Shown: positions 1 to 13,319 of the stretch, piece after piece
Numbering within the stretch: the stretch's first letter is position 1
Layout of the letters: each line of letters begins with the position of its first letter
Assembly (NCBI GenBank): GCA_964016885.1
Contig: OZ024759.1
Span: 9,424,001-9,488,000, forward strand
Reading direction: 5' to 3'
Length of the DNA stretch: 64,000 nucleotides
From: Eledone cirrhosa
Taxonomy: Eukaryota
Notes under the pieces: generated by a model
The model's input: only the letters and a program-made list of their open reading frames with translations
What the model was told of the DNA's origin: nothing
Databases searched by the model: none
Made by a program: the position numbers and the translations under genes

Positions 1-2470
1 CAGTACAGTTAGACCAGTCCTCTCCAGTACAGCATGGGTTAGACCAGGCCTCCCCAGTACAGTTAGACCAGTCCTCCCCAGTACAGCATGGGTTAGACCA
101 GTCCTCCCCAGTACAGTTAGACCAGTCCTCTCCAGTACAGCATGGGTTAGACCAGTCCTCTCCAGTACAGCATGGGTTAGACCAGTCCTCCCCAGTACAA
201 TTAGACCAGTCCTCTCCAGTACAGCATGGGTTAGACCAGTCCTCCCCAGTACAATTAGACCAGTCCTCTCCAGTACAGCATGGGTTAGACCAGGCCTCCG
301 CAGTACAGTTAGACCAGTCCTCTCCAGTACAGCATGGGTTAGACCAGTCCTCTCCAGTACAGTTAGATCAGTCCTCTCCAGTACAGTTAGACCAGTCTTC
401 CCCAGTACAGTTAGACCAATCCTCTCCAGTACAGCATGGGTTAGACCAGTCCTCCAGTACAGCATGGGTTAGACCAGTCCTCCCCAGTACAGTTAGACCA
501 GTCCTCCCCAGTACAGCATGGGTTAGACCAGTCCTCCCCAGTACAGTTAGACCAGTCCTCTCCAGTACAGCATGGGTTAGACCAGTCCTCCCCAGTACAA
601 TTAGACCAGTCCTCTCCAGTACAGCATGGGTTAGACCAGTCCTCCCCAGTACAATTAGACCAGTCCTCTCCAGTACAGCATGGGTTAGACCAGGCCTCCG
701 CAGTACAGTTAGACCAGTCCTCTCCAGTACAGCATGGGTTAGACCAGTCCTCTCCAGTACAGTTAGATCAGTCCTCTCCAGTACAGTTAGACCAGTCTTC
801 CCCAGTACAGTTAGACCAATCCTCTCCAGTACAGCATGGGTTAGACCAGGCCTCCAGTACAGCATGGGTTAGACCAGTCCTCCCCAGTACAGTTAGACCA
901 GTCCTCTCCAGTACAGCATGGGTTAGACCAGTCCTCCCCAGTACAGTTAGACCAGTCCTCTCCAGTACAGCATGGGTTAGACCAGTCCTCCCCAGTACAG
1001 TTAGACCAGTCCTCTCCAGTACAGCATGGGTTAGACCAGTCCTCCCCAGTACAGTTAGACCAGTCCTCTCCAGTACAGCATGGGTTAGACCAGTCCTCTC
1101 CAGTACAGCATGGGTTAGACCAGTCCTCTCCAGTACAGCATGGGTTAGACCAGTCCTCTCCAGTACAGTTAGACCAGTCCTCTCCAGTACAGCATGGGTT
1201 AGACCAGTCCTCCCCAGTACAGTTAGACCAGTCCTCTCCAGTACAGCATGGGTTAGACCAGTCCTCTCCAGTACAGCATGGGTTAGACCAGGCCTCCCCA
1301 GTACAGCATGGGTTAGACCAGTCCTCTCCAGTACAGCATGGGTTAGACCAGTCCTCCCCAGTACAGTTAGACCAGTCCTCTCCAGTACAGCATGGGTTAG
1401 ACCAGTCCTCCCCAGTACAGTTAGACCAGTCCTCTCCAGTACAGCATGGGTTAGACCAGTCCTCCCCAGTACAGTTAGACCAGTCCTCTCCAGTACAGCA
1501 TGGGTTAGACCAGTCCTCTCCAGTACAGCATGGGTTAGACCAGTCCTCTCCAGTACAGCATGGGTTAGACCAGTCCTCTCCAGTACAGTTAGACCAGTCC
1601 TCTCCAGTACAGCATGGGTTAGACCAGTCCTCCCCAGTACAGTTAGACCAGTCCTCTCCAGTACAGCATGGGTTAGACCAGTCCTCTCCAGTACAGCATG
1701 GGTTAGACCAGTCCTCCCCAGTACAGCATGGGTTAGACCAGTCCTCTCCAGTACAGCATGGGTTAGACCAGTCCTCTCCAGTACAGCATGGGTTAGACCA
1801 GTCCTCTCCAGTACAGCATGGGTTAGACCAGTCCTCCCCAGTACAGTTAGACCAGTCCTCTCCAGTACAGCATGGGTTAGACCAGTCCTCTCCAGTACAG
1901 CATGGGTTAGACCAGTCCTCTCCAGTACAGCATGGGTTAGACCAGTCCTCTCCAGTACAGTTAGACCAGTCCTCTCCAGTACAGCATGGGTTAGACCAGT
2001 CCTCTCGAGTACAGCATGGGTTAGACCAGTCCTCCCCAGTACAGTTAGACCAGTCCTCTCCAGTACAGCATGGGTTAGACCAGTCCTCCCCAGTACAGTT
2101 AGACCAGTCCTCTCCAGTACAGCATGGGTTAGACCAGTCCTCCCCAGTACAGTTAGACCAGTCCTCTCCAGTACAGCATGGGTTAGACCAGTCCTCCCCA
2201 GTACAGTTAGACCAGTCCTCTCCAGTACAGCATGGGTTAGACCAGTCCTCTCCAGTACAGCATGGGTTAGACCAGTCCTCTCCAGTACAGTTAGACCAGT
2301 CCTCTCCAGTACAGCATGGGTTAGACCAGTCCTCTCCAGTACAGCATGGGTTAGACCAGTCCTCCCCAGTACAGTTAGACCAGTCCTCCCCAGTACAGTT
2401 AGACCAGTCCTCCCCAGTACAGTTAGACCAGTCCTCTCCAGTACAGCATGGGTTAGACCAGTCCTCTCCA
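1..2470. repeat. Two-unit minisatellite (30-bp CAGTACAGCATGGGTTAGACCAGTCCTCTC and 24-bp CAGTACAGTTAGACCAGTCCTCTC), continues past window start
   Basis: Direct tandem periodicity; the two units differ by a CATGGG indel; variant markers recur 400 bp apart (CAGGCCTCCG at 291 and 691). Confidence 0.97.
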
Positions 2471-2950
2471 GTCGGAATTTATCAAATTTATCAATTTATC
2501 CGGTTGGAATTCATCAAATCGTCCCAGGTTTTTCTGGGTCTACCTAACGTCCATCAATTTTGATCGGCCTGTACTTTTTTTATACAGCTGTCGTCTTTCA
2601 TGCGCATCACGTGACCATACCAACGTTGTCTTCTCTCAAGTAAACAGTATCTGATCCTTCTTGTTCCTAATTTCTCACTTAGCTCATTTATGTTTTGCTG
2701 TTTGCGTATATTACAATTACACATCCAACGGAGCATGCATGCTTCGTTCCTTTCCAGTCTGCGCAGGTCCTCTGCACACAATGCCCAGGTCTCACTGCCA
2801 TGTAACATTGCTGTTCGTATACAGGCATCATACAGCCTGCCTTTCATTTTTAGAGAGAACCCTTTTGTGGCCAACAGTGGTATAAGCTCTATGAACTTTT
2901 TCCATCCCGTTCTGACTCTGGCTACTGTACTTTCAGAACACCCTCCTATA
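2471..2950 (-). mobile_element. RTE-clade LINE 3' ORF fragment
   Basis: KGRLYDACIRTAMLHGSETW...LRRLERNEACMLRW, closely matching the C-terminal part of the long RTE copy (5776-6230). Confidence 0.9.
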
Positions 2951-3068
2951 AACTGTTATTACAGTTATATTCTGCATTTGAGAATCTCAAGTTCTCATGT
3001 TTTCCAATTTGAAATACTCCTAGAACATTGATAATTCATGAAGTTTGTATATATATATATATATATAT

Positions 3069-3402
3069 GGAGGCACATGGCTTAGTGGTTTGAGCATTGG
3101 CCTTGCAATCGAAAGGTTATGAGTTCAATTCTCAGACCGGGTGATGTGTTGTTTCCTTGAGCAAGACACTTTATTTCACATTGCTCCAGTTTACTCAGCT
3201 GTAGAAATGAGATGATAGGAACTGGGGTCCCTATCATTCCACTGCAAAGTGGTCGTGGAGGTGCCACGACAAAAAAAGCACCCAGCACTCACTGTAAATG
3301 AGGTTGGTGTTAGGAAGGGCATCCAGCTGTAGAAATCAAGCCAAAATCAGTTCCCGTCCCACCCTTGCAAGCAGGGAAAAGCAGACATAAAATGAAATGA
3401 TG
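3069..3402 (+). mobile_element. tRNA-derived SINE family 1, short RTE-type tail
   Basis: A box TGGCTTAGTGG, B box GAGTTCAATTC, CORE-like CCTTGAGCAAGACACTT, (ATG)n-like tail; six near-full copies in the window. Confidence 0.9.
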
Positions 3403-3716
3403 AATTCAAATTAGGGAGCACACAGGACAAAATCAATGGAAAAAAAACAACAGCAAGGCGGACAGTCCCTTCTCAGTCAATCTCTGGAAATTACTATGGT
3501 TTCAATGCATTAAGGTCGACACCATTCATTCCAGTACACATTGAAATATATATTTATATATTGGTTTGTTTCAGTGACCCATATTCTCCCTTCCACCCCT
3601 TCTGGTGACTAGTTTCACTATCAACCCATAACACCTTGTAATGATTTAGCAGAAAATATCTAAAAGCAGGTTTATCATCATCATCATCATTATCGTTTAA
3701 CGTCCATCTTCCACGC

Positions 3717-4282
3717 TAGTTCAAACCGGCCAAAACCGGCCAGAATTCTCTACCTCTTTCTGTTGAAACTGGCTGTAACTGGTTACTCAAACTAAAGTTA
3801 AGGTATTGTTCTCAAATAAATACTTTCAAAATCTTATAGATTCAATATTATGAGAGATATGTGAGGTAAAGCCTTTACCATGAAAATACAATAGTATATA
3901 TAGAGTAATGTAAATGTTATGTGAGATATTATGTGAGGTAAAGCCTTTAGTGTGAAAATACAATAGTATATATAGAGTAATGTAAATGTTATGAGATATT
4001 ATGTGAGGTAAAGCCTTTACTGTGACAATATAACAGTATATATAGCGTAATGTAAATGTTATGTGAGATATTATGTGAGGTAAAGCCTTTACTGTGACAA
4101 TATAACAGTATATATAGAGTAATGTAAATGTTATGTGAGATATTATGTGAGGTAAAGCCTTTACTGTGACAATACAATAGTATATATAGAGTAATGTAAA
4201 TGTTATGTGAGATATTATGTGAGGTAAAGCCTTTACTGTGAAAATACAATAGTAAATATAGAGTAATGTGAATGCTAAAGGG
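3717..4282 (-). mobile_element. piggyBac-type MITE, one end truncated, with about 7 internal 60-bp repeats
   Basis: Ends AATGCTAAAGGG|TTAA; reverse complement of the element at 33677-35467. Confidence 0.75.
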
Positions 4283-4355
4283 TTAATTGTTCATCGAGTG
4301 GGGAAATAGCTGAAGTTATGTCTGTTCTATTTGACTTGCTTCGTCTCCTAAATAT

Positions 4356-5020
4356 ATCTATATATATAAAACTGAGGGTGTCTGTCTGTGTGTGTGTGTG
4401 TGAGTTTGAATCCCTAAAACTCGAGAAGCACCCAACCTACTGTTTTCAAACTTTACACATGTAATACTTATGTTTCAGGGAATGTTCTGAGCAAAAGAAA
4501 TTTTAAATTTTCAATGTCCTAGGGACCGCATTAGGCGATTTAGCGATCTCTCTCTCTAATTCTTAGTCTTTCTCTTTTTAGATAGATACATACATATCAC
4601 ATCGTGCCCTTATAATATCTGTCAGTATGTCTGGCTGTCTGCATTACGTCACTTCCCTGAGGATGTCTGTGTGTGTCTGTGAGTTTGAATCCCTAAAACT
4701 CGAGAAGTACCCAACCGATTGTTTTCAAACTTTACATGTGTAGTATTTATGTTTCAGAGAGTGTTATGCACATACAATTCAACCTTTTGATCTCCTACGG
4801 CCCGCATTAGGTGAAAAACTGCGTTTTTTCAGTTTTTTAGGGTTTTTTTGAGTCATTATGTCAGACCGATTTCCTTGAAATTGTAACTATGTATTAGTTA
4901 GTCTCTCCTTCATACCATGAGAAAAGAAAATCCAACTCTTTTCTGGCCTAGGGCCTGCATTAGGTGAAAAACTTCATTTTTTTCAGCTTTTTAGAGCTTT
5001 TTTGAGGCGTTACATCGAGC
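4356..5020 (+). mobile_element. Possible non-autonomous Helitron-like element with internal duplications
   Basis: Begins TCTATATATATAAAA followed by GTCTGTCTGTGTG; block GAATCCCTAAAACTCGAGAA...TTCAAACTTTACA repeated at about 4407 and 4687; no clear 3' hairpin or CTAG end. Confidence 0.4.
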
Positions 5021-5338
5021 TGATTTATATCACTTTGACTATATATCCATCTGTCATAATTATTTCACTACGCAGGAATAGCTGTGTAGTTTCAAGCTGG
5101 TTCAATGATGTCATAGATGTCTCCATGTTGTCTCATCTTAGTGCTGGTGTTCTTTAATTAAAATCTTGGACTAGCTGCTGCAGTTTTGTAATTAATTCCT
5201 TCTGTTAATGATGTACCAGATGACAACTAATCAAAATACAATAGAAGGTTAATTAATGAACGACTTTGAAGATTGATTTTGAGATAATCTTTACCAACAT
5301 GGTAGCATAGAAACACACACACACACACACATATATAT

Positions 5339-8300
5339 CATCATCATCATCATCGTTTAACGTCCATCTTCCATGCTTGCATGGGTTTGGACGGGAGTTT
5401 TCCCACTTGAGGCAAGATTGGTTGTCCTGCTCGTATAGGACTGTCTGGCGGGTTTTCTACGGCTGAATGCCCTTCCTAACACCAACCACGTTTACAGTGT
5501 GGACTGGGAGGTTTTTACCGTGTTACCTACACGGCCACATTACAGCGTGGACTGTGTGTTTTTTTTTGTCGTGACACCTACACGACCTCATTTGTTTCGG
5601 ACTGGATGTTGTGGTACCAACATAACTTCACATTTAGGAGGGGGGGAGGGGGGTATTTTGTTAGAGGTGCCTACTGACTGTAGGTTTCGCTTTGTACTTA
5701 GGCAAGGCGGGTCTTCTGTATGACTGTAGATCTCGGTCCAGTGACATTGTCTTGGAGAGGTGTAAGTGTGTGAGGTCGGAATTTATCAAATCGTCCCAGG
5801 TTTTTCTGGGTCTACCTACTCCGTGGCTACCATCTATTTTTATCGTCCTGCACTTTTTTATACAGCTGTCGTCTTTCATGGGCATCACGTGACCGTACCA
5901 ACGTAGTCTTCTCTCGAGTAAACAACATCTGATCCCTCTTATTCCTAATTTCTCCCTTAGTTCGTTTATGCTTTGCCGTTCACGTATATTACTATTACAC
6001 ATCCAGCGGAGCATGCAAGCTTCGTTCCTCTCCAGTCTGCGCAGGTCCTCTGCACACAATGCCCAGGTCTCACTGCCATGTAACATTGCTGTTCATATGC
6101 AGGCATCATACAGCCTGCCTTTCATTTTTAGAGAGAACCCTTTAGCGGCCAATAGTGGTATAAGCTCTCTGAACTTTTTCCAGCCCATTCTGATTCTAGC
6201 TACTGTACTTTCAGAGGACCCTCCCCCACTGCTGATTTTGTCACCCAGGTAACGGAAGGTGTCCACTATTTCTATAGAACCATCTGTGCAATGGAATGAG
6301 CTAGTATTCTGTGAGCACTTGCTGCTACTTATTGCACCAGAGCACCGGCCACATAAAAAATCTATATTCTTAGTTAGCTTACCTGTGATCCCACTATATC
6401 TTTTATGCACCCATGCTTTGCATTTGGGACATAAAATGGAGTTTATGCCTACTCCTTTCCTACACACTGAGCATGGCCATTTCCCAGATGGGACAGGTGC
6501 CCTATTTTCCTTCCTACAAACTAGAACTTTAGTCTTAGACAAGTTAACTTTAAGGCCTTTTGATTCTAGGCCATGCTTCCATGTTTGGAATTTCTTCTCT
6601 AGTTCAGCCATTGATTCAGCTATGAGCGTTAGATCATCTGCATATAGGAGTTCCCATGGGCAGCCGGTCTTGAACTCCTCTGTTATAGCCTGAAGGGCAA
6701 TAATAAATAGTAGGGGGCTAAGAACGGAGCCCTGATGAACACCAACTTTTACGCTAAACTCTTCACTAGATTCGTTGTTAATTCTAACCTTGCTGACTGT
6801 TTCTTTATACATGGCTTGTATAGCTCTCACAAGCCATTCATCAACGCCTAGTTTTCTAAGCACCCACCAGATAATGGAGCGGGGGACTCTGTCAAAGGCT
6901 TTCTCCAAGTCAACAAAAGCTAAGTATAGGGGTTTACTTTTAGTTAGGTACTTCTCCTGCAGTTGTCGTACAATGAAAAGAGCATCTGTGGTACTTTTAC
7001 CTGACACAAACCCGAACTGCATTTCATCTAGATCAATTCTCTCTCTGATTAGTTGTGCTATTACTTTTTCTGTGACCTTCATGACCTGGTCAATTAATTT
7101 AATGACTCTATAGTTACCCTTATCAAGAGCATCTCCTTTACCCTTGTAGCAGTTAATGATGATGCTGCTACGCCAGTCCTTCGGAACGGCCCCATTCTGT
7201 ATGACTTGGTTTACTATCCGGGTGACCTTAGTGTGTCCCACCGTTCCAGATGCTTTCAGCATTTCAGCAACTATTTCCGAAGGCCCAGCCGCCTTACCCG
7301 TCTTCATATCTTTGATTGCCTTACTTATTATACTACCTTCCACTAACACTGTTGGTCCCTCTATTGGATCGATGTGGGGGAGACTGTCTTTCTCCCATTT
7401 ATTCTCCTCATTTAGTAGCCCTTCGTAGTGACACTTCCAAGCTACCTTCTTATCAGCATCAGTGATGACAAGTACACCATCATCATTAAGGACACACTTC
7501 TCCCCGACAATATCACGGTTTTCCTTGACACATTGCCTAGCAATCCTGAACACCTCACGTTTTTGGTCCTCGCGTTGTAGAACATGCTTGAACTTTCTTT
7601 CCTCTGCTTCCTGTCTTGCAAAGTACACTTGTCTCCTAGCTTCCCTCCTGGCCACTTGATAGTCTTCTCTACTTCCCCCATCCCGCCATACTTTGCAAGC
7701 CTGCTTTTTGGCCTTAATTGACTCCTCCACCTTACTGTTCCACCACCACGTTACTCTCCTCCTGCCTATAGGCCTGCTCCAGCTACAGACTTCATCTGCC
7801 GCCTTCAGCAGGTTAGCTTTCAGGAATTCCCACTGTTCCTCTATATTGTACGACTCTAATTGCTCCTCCCTACTGTCGAAAGCATCAAGTAATATCTTTT
7901 AAATTTATTACTGGCTGTGGGGTCCTTTAACTTCCATATTTTTCTCCTGAGGATAGTCCTCCTCTGTTGTCGAGTACGTCTTGTCCTGACTATGAGGTCG
8001 CTGACTATGAGTCTATGTTGGGAGGTGCATTCTTCATGGGGGAGGGATTTAGTGTTTACAACAGACACTCTATCACGTCTTCTGGTAAGGATATAATCTA
8101 TCTGACTGGCGTGTTCCCCCTGATCTATAGGTGATCAAGTGATTGTCTCGTTTTTTTTAAGTTAGTGTTACAGATAGTTAGGTTATTTGCGTCGCAGAAT
8201 TCCAGGATTCTGGAGCCTTCCTCATTTCTAGTACCAAACCCATAGCCTCCATGGATTCCGTCATAGCCGTCACACTGTTGTATAACGTGACCATTTAGGT

Positions 8301-8940
8301 CGCCAGCAATAATTATGTAGTCACTGTCAGTTATTTGGGAGGTAGTGAGCATCAATGTCTCATAGAATCTATCTTGTATAGCGCCAGGCAGTCCGGATTG
8401 GGGTGCATACGCAGATATTACTGTCACAGTAGTTCTATTTAGGACAAGTCTTATTTTAATTATTCTGTCGTTCACTCTATTTACGTCTATTATCTTATCT
8501 ACCCATTTTTCTGCTAACATGATTCCTACCTCATCCAGCCCATTTTCATTTCCCACCCACAAAAGCTTATAGCATCATTTTTTACCCACCCCTCCACCTG
8601 GTCTCTTGGATACAGCAAACATCAACCTCCTTACGTTCAAGCATTTCTACAACCTCGTTAGAGCGACCTTTTAAGGTGCCTACATTCATGGTACCAACTC
8701 TGAAGTTTTGGATTGCGTTTGGTGGGGCGCGGGGAGGGAGATGGGGTTGGAGTTATGTTGGCCATCCGCGGCCGAAACAAAGAGGAGGAGTCCTTGTCTT
8801 TTCGTCCGGCAGCATGTGGTGAATTTGTCTTTATCTTTGGCATTGTCACTGAGTGTCCAGAATTTTCAGACTCTCCAGAATTCCATAGTCCATCCATCAT
8901 ATCGGTAAGCAACCAGAAGTGATAGCATAGGCCGCTGACT
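5339..8940 (-). mobile_element. Near full-length degenerate RTE-clade LINE (AP endonuclease + reverse transcriptase), subfamily A
   Basis: APE motifs (SAYAPQ, GDLNGH), RT motifs (FVDLEKAFD, QGSVLSP, YADD), C-terminal GVGRPRKTW, 3' tail GGACGTTAAAC(GAT)n; stops and frameshifts split the ORF; 5' boundary uncertain. Confidence 0.95.
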
Positions 8941-9405
8941 TATGATTGGTCCTAATAATAATGGTGGAGAGTGGGGGCAGGTGGGAGGGGTATGGGATAG
9001 TTAGCGAGAGGGTTTAAATGAAATCTTTGAATTTTGGGCATAATTGGACAAGCATATAACAGTAATAATAAGCGAATAATGGGGTTTTAAAATACAAGAA
9101 GATTATTTAGAAACAACCAGACAGAATTATAGAATAGCATTGAGAGAGAGCAAAAGATTGGATTCTGGGCGATGATACGGATATATGAATGAATGGACCG
9201 ATAGGCTGGAGAGAGATAAGAAAAGAAAAATGGCATTTACATTACACTTCGCAGGGGACGACGAGGTCTGACCATTAATAAGCGTTGACAAATTCTGAGA
9301 TTCGTACCTCGTAACAGGTTTATTTATATTTGGTGAGAGAAGGGAGTGATTGAAAGGGTGAACTAGCCGGCGCGTAATATATATATATATATATATAATC
9401 ATCAA

Positions 9406-9802
9406 GGAGGCACATGGCTTAGTGGTTAGAGCATTGGCCTTGCAATCAAAAGGTTGTGAGTTCAATTCTCAGACCGGGTGATGTGTTGTTTCCTTGAGCA
9501 AGACACTTTATTTCACATTGCTCCAGTTTACTCAGCTGTAGAAATGAGATGATAGGGACTGGGGTCCCTATCATTCTACTGTAAAGTGGTCGTGGGGGTG
9601 CCACGGCAAAAAAGCACCCAGCACTCACTGTAAATGAGGTTGGTATTAGGAAGGGCATCCAGCTGTAGAAATCAAGCTAGAATCAGTTCCCGTATGAGCA
9701 AGGCATGGTCAGCCGACCGGACACTGCCCACAACAGGACAACCCGTCTAACCCATGCTAGCATAGAAGAACGGACGTAAAAAACAGTGATGATGATGATG
9801 AT
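9406..9802 (+). mobile_element. SINE family 1, long RTE-A-type tail
   Basis: Same head and core as 3069; tail CCCGTCTAACCCATGCTAGC...GGACGTAAAA...(GAT)n. Confidence 0.9.
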
Positions 9803-9807
9803 ATATA

Positions 9808-9838
<31 letters not shown>

Positions 9839-10354
9839 GTACTACAGAAACAAATTAGTTGAACGCAATAAATACAGCACAACAACGGTTAGACAATATA
9901 TGGAACAACAGAGAAATCAATGGATTCTAATAGAAGAATAGATAGAACAGCCAGTATAGATAAACAAACTTACTATATTGCATATTTATATTCATCCTAG
10001 CTAGAAAACTATATTATATATATATATATATTTACACACACACACCTTATCCTCTGTGGCTTGAGAACTGTATTATATAATATACACCCTAGCTAAAGAA
10101 CAATATATATATATTAACCTAATATATCCCTTCCATATACTGTACCGATTGTGTTGTTATTTCTGTTAAACTTTTACATATATATATATATATATATGCC
10201 ATACATACCACATTCACTTTGGTTAAAGAACGATATTATTTAATATATTACATGAACACACCATATCAAATCTGGTTAGAGAATTGTATTATAGAAACAC
10301 TATATATATATATATATATATAAAGAAAAACCACAGACCCTCCATCTCAACTCA

Positions 10355-10389
10355 CCTTTTGAAAAGCAGAACTGCGAAACCGGTAAAGG
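10355..10389 (+). ncRNA. Minimal type I hammerhead ribozyme motif (U3-A8 variant) in a Penelope-like remnant
   Basis: CCUU-UUGAAAA-GCAG(AA)CUGC-GAA-ACCGGU-A^AAGG; palindromic stem III; AATAAA just downstream. Confidence 0.7.
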
Positions 10390-10504
10390 AACCAAATAAA
10401 TATATATATTTTTTTTTAAAAATAAGATTCCTGTTGCATATATTATTTAATATATTACATGAACACACCATATCAAATCTGGTTAGAGAATTGTATTATA
10501 GAAA

Positions 10505-10539
<35 letters not shown>

Positions 10540-10905
10540 ATACATACCACATTCACTTTGGTTAAAGAACTATATTATTTAATATATTACATGAACACAC
10601 CATATCAAATCTGGTTAGAGAATTGTATTATAGAAACAAACAAAAGACAAACTAGAAAACCTAAAAGCCCTCATAAAACCAAACACAACAAATTACATGG
10701 AATTGTAAATCACCAACAACTAAATATAGCAGAAAAATATTGGAAACTATTTTCATTACACACCCAAACACAATGTCTGCAAATTACTGGTTAATGTTTA
10801 TTATTACCTGTGGAAGTGGGTGGCCTTGTAGTTAGGGTGTTGGACTTGCATTTGTAAGACTGTCAGTTCGATTTCTGGACCAGGATCTGCCATATGTATG
10901 TCTCT

Positions 10906-12300
10906 TCATTCCAAGGAGTTGACTTTTGTTTTCAGCATCTCCCAGTAACTCATCTCTTTCACTGAGCCAATATTCTTGGTGTAGCATTGTTGGATTGCTT
11001 TAAATTCCACATTCAATTTGGTATTGTGGGGTGACGTGGGGGTGGGGGTGGGGTGGGAGGCATGTGACCAGAGCTGTGGAGTGACCAGAGCTGGGGACTG
11101 TGGAGTGACCAGAGCTGGGGGCTGTGGGGTGACCAGAGCTGGGGACTGTGGGGTGACCAGAGCTGGGGACTGTGGGGTGACCAGAGCTGAGTATTGTGGG
11201 GTGACCAGAGCTGGGGGCTGTGGGGTGACCAGAGCTGAGTATTGTGGGGTGACCAGAGCTAGGGACTGTGGGGTGACCAGAGCTGGGTACTGTGGGGTGA
11301 CCAGAGCTGGGACTGTGGGGTGACCAGAGCTGGGGAATGTGGGGGGGGGGGGGCATGTGACCAGTGCTAGGGGCTGTGGGGTGACCAGAGCTGGGGACTG
11401 GAGTGACCAGAGCTGGGGGCTGTGGGGTGACCAGAGCTGTGGTGTGACCAGAGCTGGGGGCTGTGGGGTGACCAGAGCTGAGTATTGTGGGGTGACCAGA
11501 GCTGGGGACTGTGGGGTGACCAGAGCTGGGTACTGTGGGGTGACCAGAGCTGGGACTGTGGGGTGACCAGAGCTGGGGAATGTGGGGGGGGGGGGCATGT
11601 GACCAGTGCTAGGGGCTGTGGGGTGACCAGAGCTGAGTATTGTGGAGTGACCAGAGCTGGGGGCTGTGGGGTGACCAGAGCTGAGTATTGTGGGGTGACC
11701 AGAGCTAGGGACTGTGGGGTGACCAGAGCTGGGTACTGTGGGGTGACCAGAGCTGGGACTGTGGGGTGACCAGAGCTGGGGAATGTGGGGGGGGGGGGGG
11801 GGGGGGGGGCATGTGACCAGTGCTAGGGGCTGTGGGGTGACCAGAGCTGAGTATTGTGGAGTGACCAGAGCTGGGGGCTGTGGGGTGACCAGAGCTGTGG
11901 AGTAACCAGAGCTGGGTACTGTGGGGTGACCAGAGCTGGGGGCTGTGGGCTGACCAGAGCTGGGAGCTGTGGGCTGACCAGAGCTGTGGGGTATCCAGAG
12001 CTGGGGTGGGAACCAGAGCTGGGAGATGTGGGGTGACCAGAGCTGGGAGCTGTGGGGTGACCAGAGATGGGAGCTGTGGGGTGACAAGAGCTGGGTATTG
12101 TGGGGTGACCAGAGCTGGGGGCAATAGTGAAGGCAGCTGAGGTCCAACATTGCTTCCTAGTCTCTTGTCTTGAATGGCCTCAGAATCCCTCTGTCCATTC
12201 ATCGGCACATTGCTGCTATCTTGGTGATATGCACAGAAAACAAGACGTCATTGCTTACATAAGATCCTAGGTCCTGCACTGATTTTGACACATGGACTTC
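10906..12300 (-). mobile_element. CR1/L2-like LINE RT C-terminal remnant split by a minisatellite
   Basis: LHYCPQLWSPH on one side and EFKAIQQCYTKNIGSVKEMSYWEMLK on the other resemble the HLEYC..WSP...E.IQ...TK...SY.ERL segment of CR1/L2 ORF2. Confidence 0.65.
11020..12120. repeat. G-rich ~24-bp minisatellite (GTGACCAGAGCTGGGGACTGTGGG)
   Basis: Tandem units with higher-order blocks punctuated by poly-G runs. Confidence 0.95.
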
Positions 12301-12479
12301 AGTCTCTCCACAATAACATTGTTGACCTTGACCTTGTGTTAGTAAATGATATTGTTGACCTTGATCGTGTGTTAGTAGGTAACAAGTTGGCCTTGACTTT
12401 GTGTTGGTAGATAGCCCATTGACCTTGACCTCGTGTGAGTAGATACCATGTTGACCTTGACCTTGTGTTAGTAGATAAT

Positions 12480-12665
12480 TGTTTCTACTTTTGGCACAAG
12501 GCCAGCAATTATCACAGTGTATGACTGGTACTTTATTTTATCGACCCCGTAAGGATGAAAGGCAAAGTTAACCTCAGCGGGATTTGAACTCAGAATAGCA
12601 AGGGCCGTAACTCAATGCGTCAACGCACGGTCTCCGACCCTCTACCGATACTGCCAATTCATCAC
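12480..12665 (-). mobile_element. tRNA-derived SINE family 2
   Basis: B box GAGTTCAAATCC; central GCCTTTCATCCTTACGGGGTCGATAAAATAAAGTACCAG; direct repeat CCTTGTGTTAGTAGATAAT on both sides (TSD). Confidence 0.85.
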
Positions 12666-12831
12666 CCTTGTGTTAGTAGATAATATTGTTGACCTTGACC
12701 CATTTGTATGTGGTTTCTACAGCAAGCTGCCCTTATTACCGCCAAGCACATTTACAGTGAGTGGTGGGTGCTTTTTGTCGTGACACCTACACAACCACTT
12801 CATAGTGTAGTTGTAAAGTATATATATATAT

Positions 12832-13268
12832 GCCGGTTATATGATGCCTGTGTGAGGAGCGCGATGCTGCATAGAAATGAGAGTTGGGCAGCAACTGCAG
12901 AGGATATGCGACGGCTGGAGAGAAATGAGGCAAGCATGCTCCGTTGGATGTGCAGTGTCAATGTGTGCGAACGACCCAGCATGGATGTTTTGAGAGAGAA
13001 ACTGTGTGCGAGAGAGGAGACTGAGGTGGTATGGACATGTGGTGCGCATGGAAGATGACCGATGGGTGAAGAAGTGCCAGGAAATGCCAGTGGAAGGAAG
13101 ACGTGGTAGAGGTAGACCACAGAAAGCGGAGGTGGTGAGAGCAGACCTCAGATCACTGAAGCTCACGGTGGAGATGACGAAGGACCGTGACAAGTGGAGA
13201 GATGCTGTGCTGAATAGGACCAGTCCCACCCTTGCAAGCAGGGAAAAGCGGATGTAAAATGATGATGA

Positions 13269-13271
<3 letters not shown>
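12832..13271 (+). mobile_element. RTE LINE 3' fragment, subfamily B
   Basis: RLYDACVRSAML...RRLRWYGHVVRM...GRGRP; tail CCCACCCTTGCAAGCAGGGAAAAGCGGATGTAAAAT(GAT)n. Confidence 0.9.

Positions 13272-13318
<47 letters not shown>

Positions 13319-13319
<1 letters not shown>

Noticed and set aside
3069-3140. tRNA gene
   Set aside because: A and B boxes are present, but the sequence continues into a SINE core and LINE-derived tail in every copy
3470-3540. Hammerhead-like remnant on the minus strand (GAAACCATAGTA flanked by CTGGAA/TTCCAG); related copy near 40060-40120
   Set aside because: The CUGANGA half of the core is missing in both copies
6093-7730. Active reverse transcriptase gene
   Set aside because: Stops and frameshifts separate it from the endonuclease and the C-terminal segment
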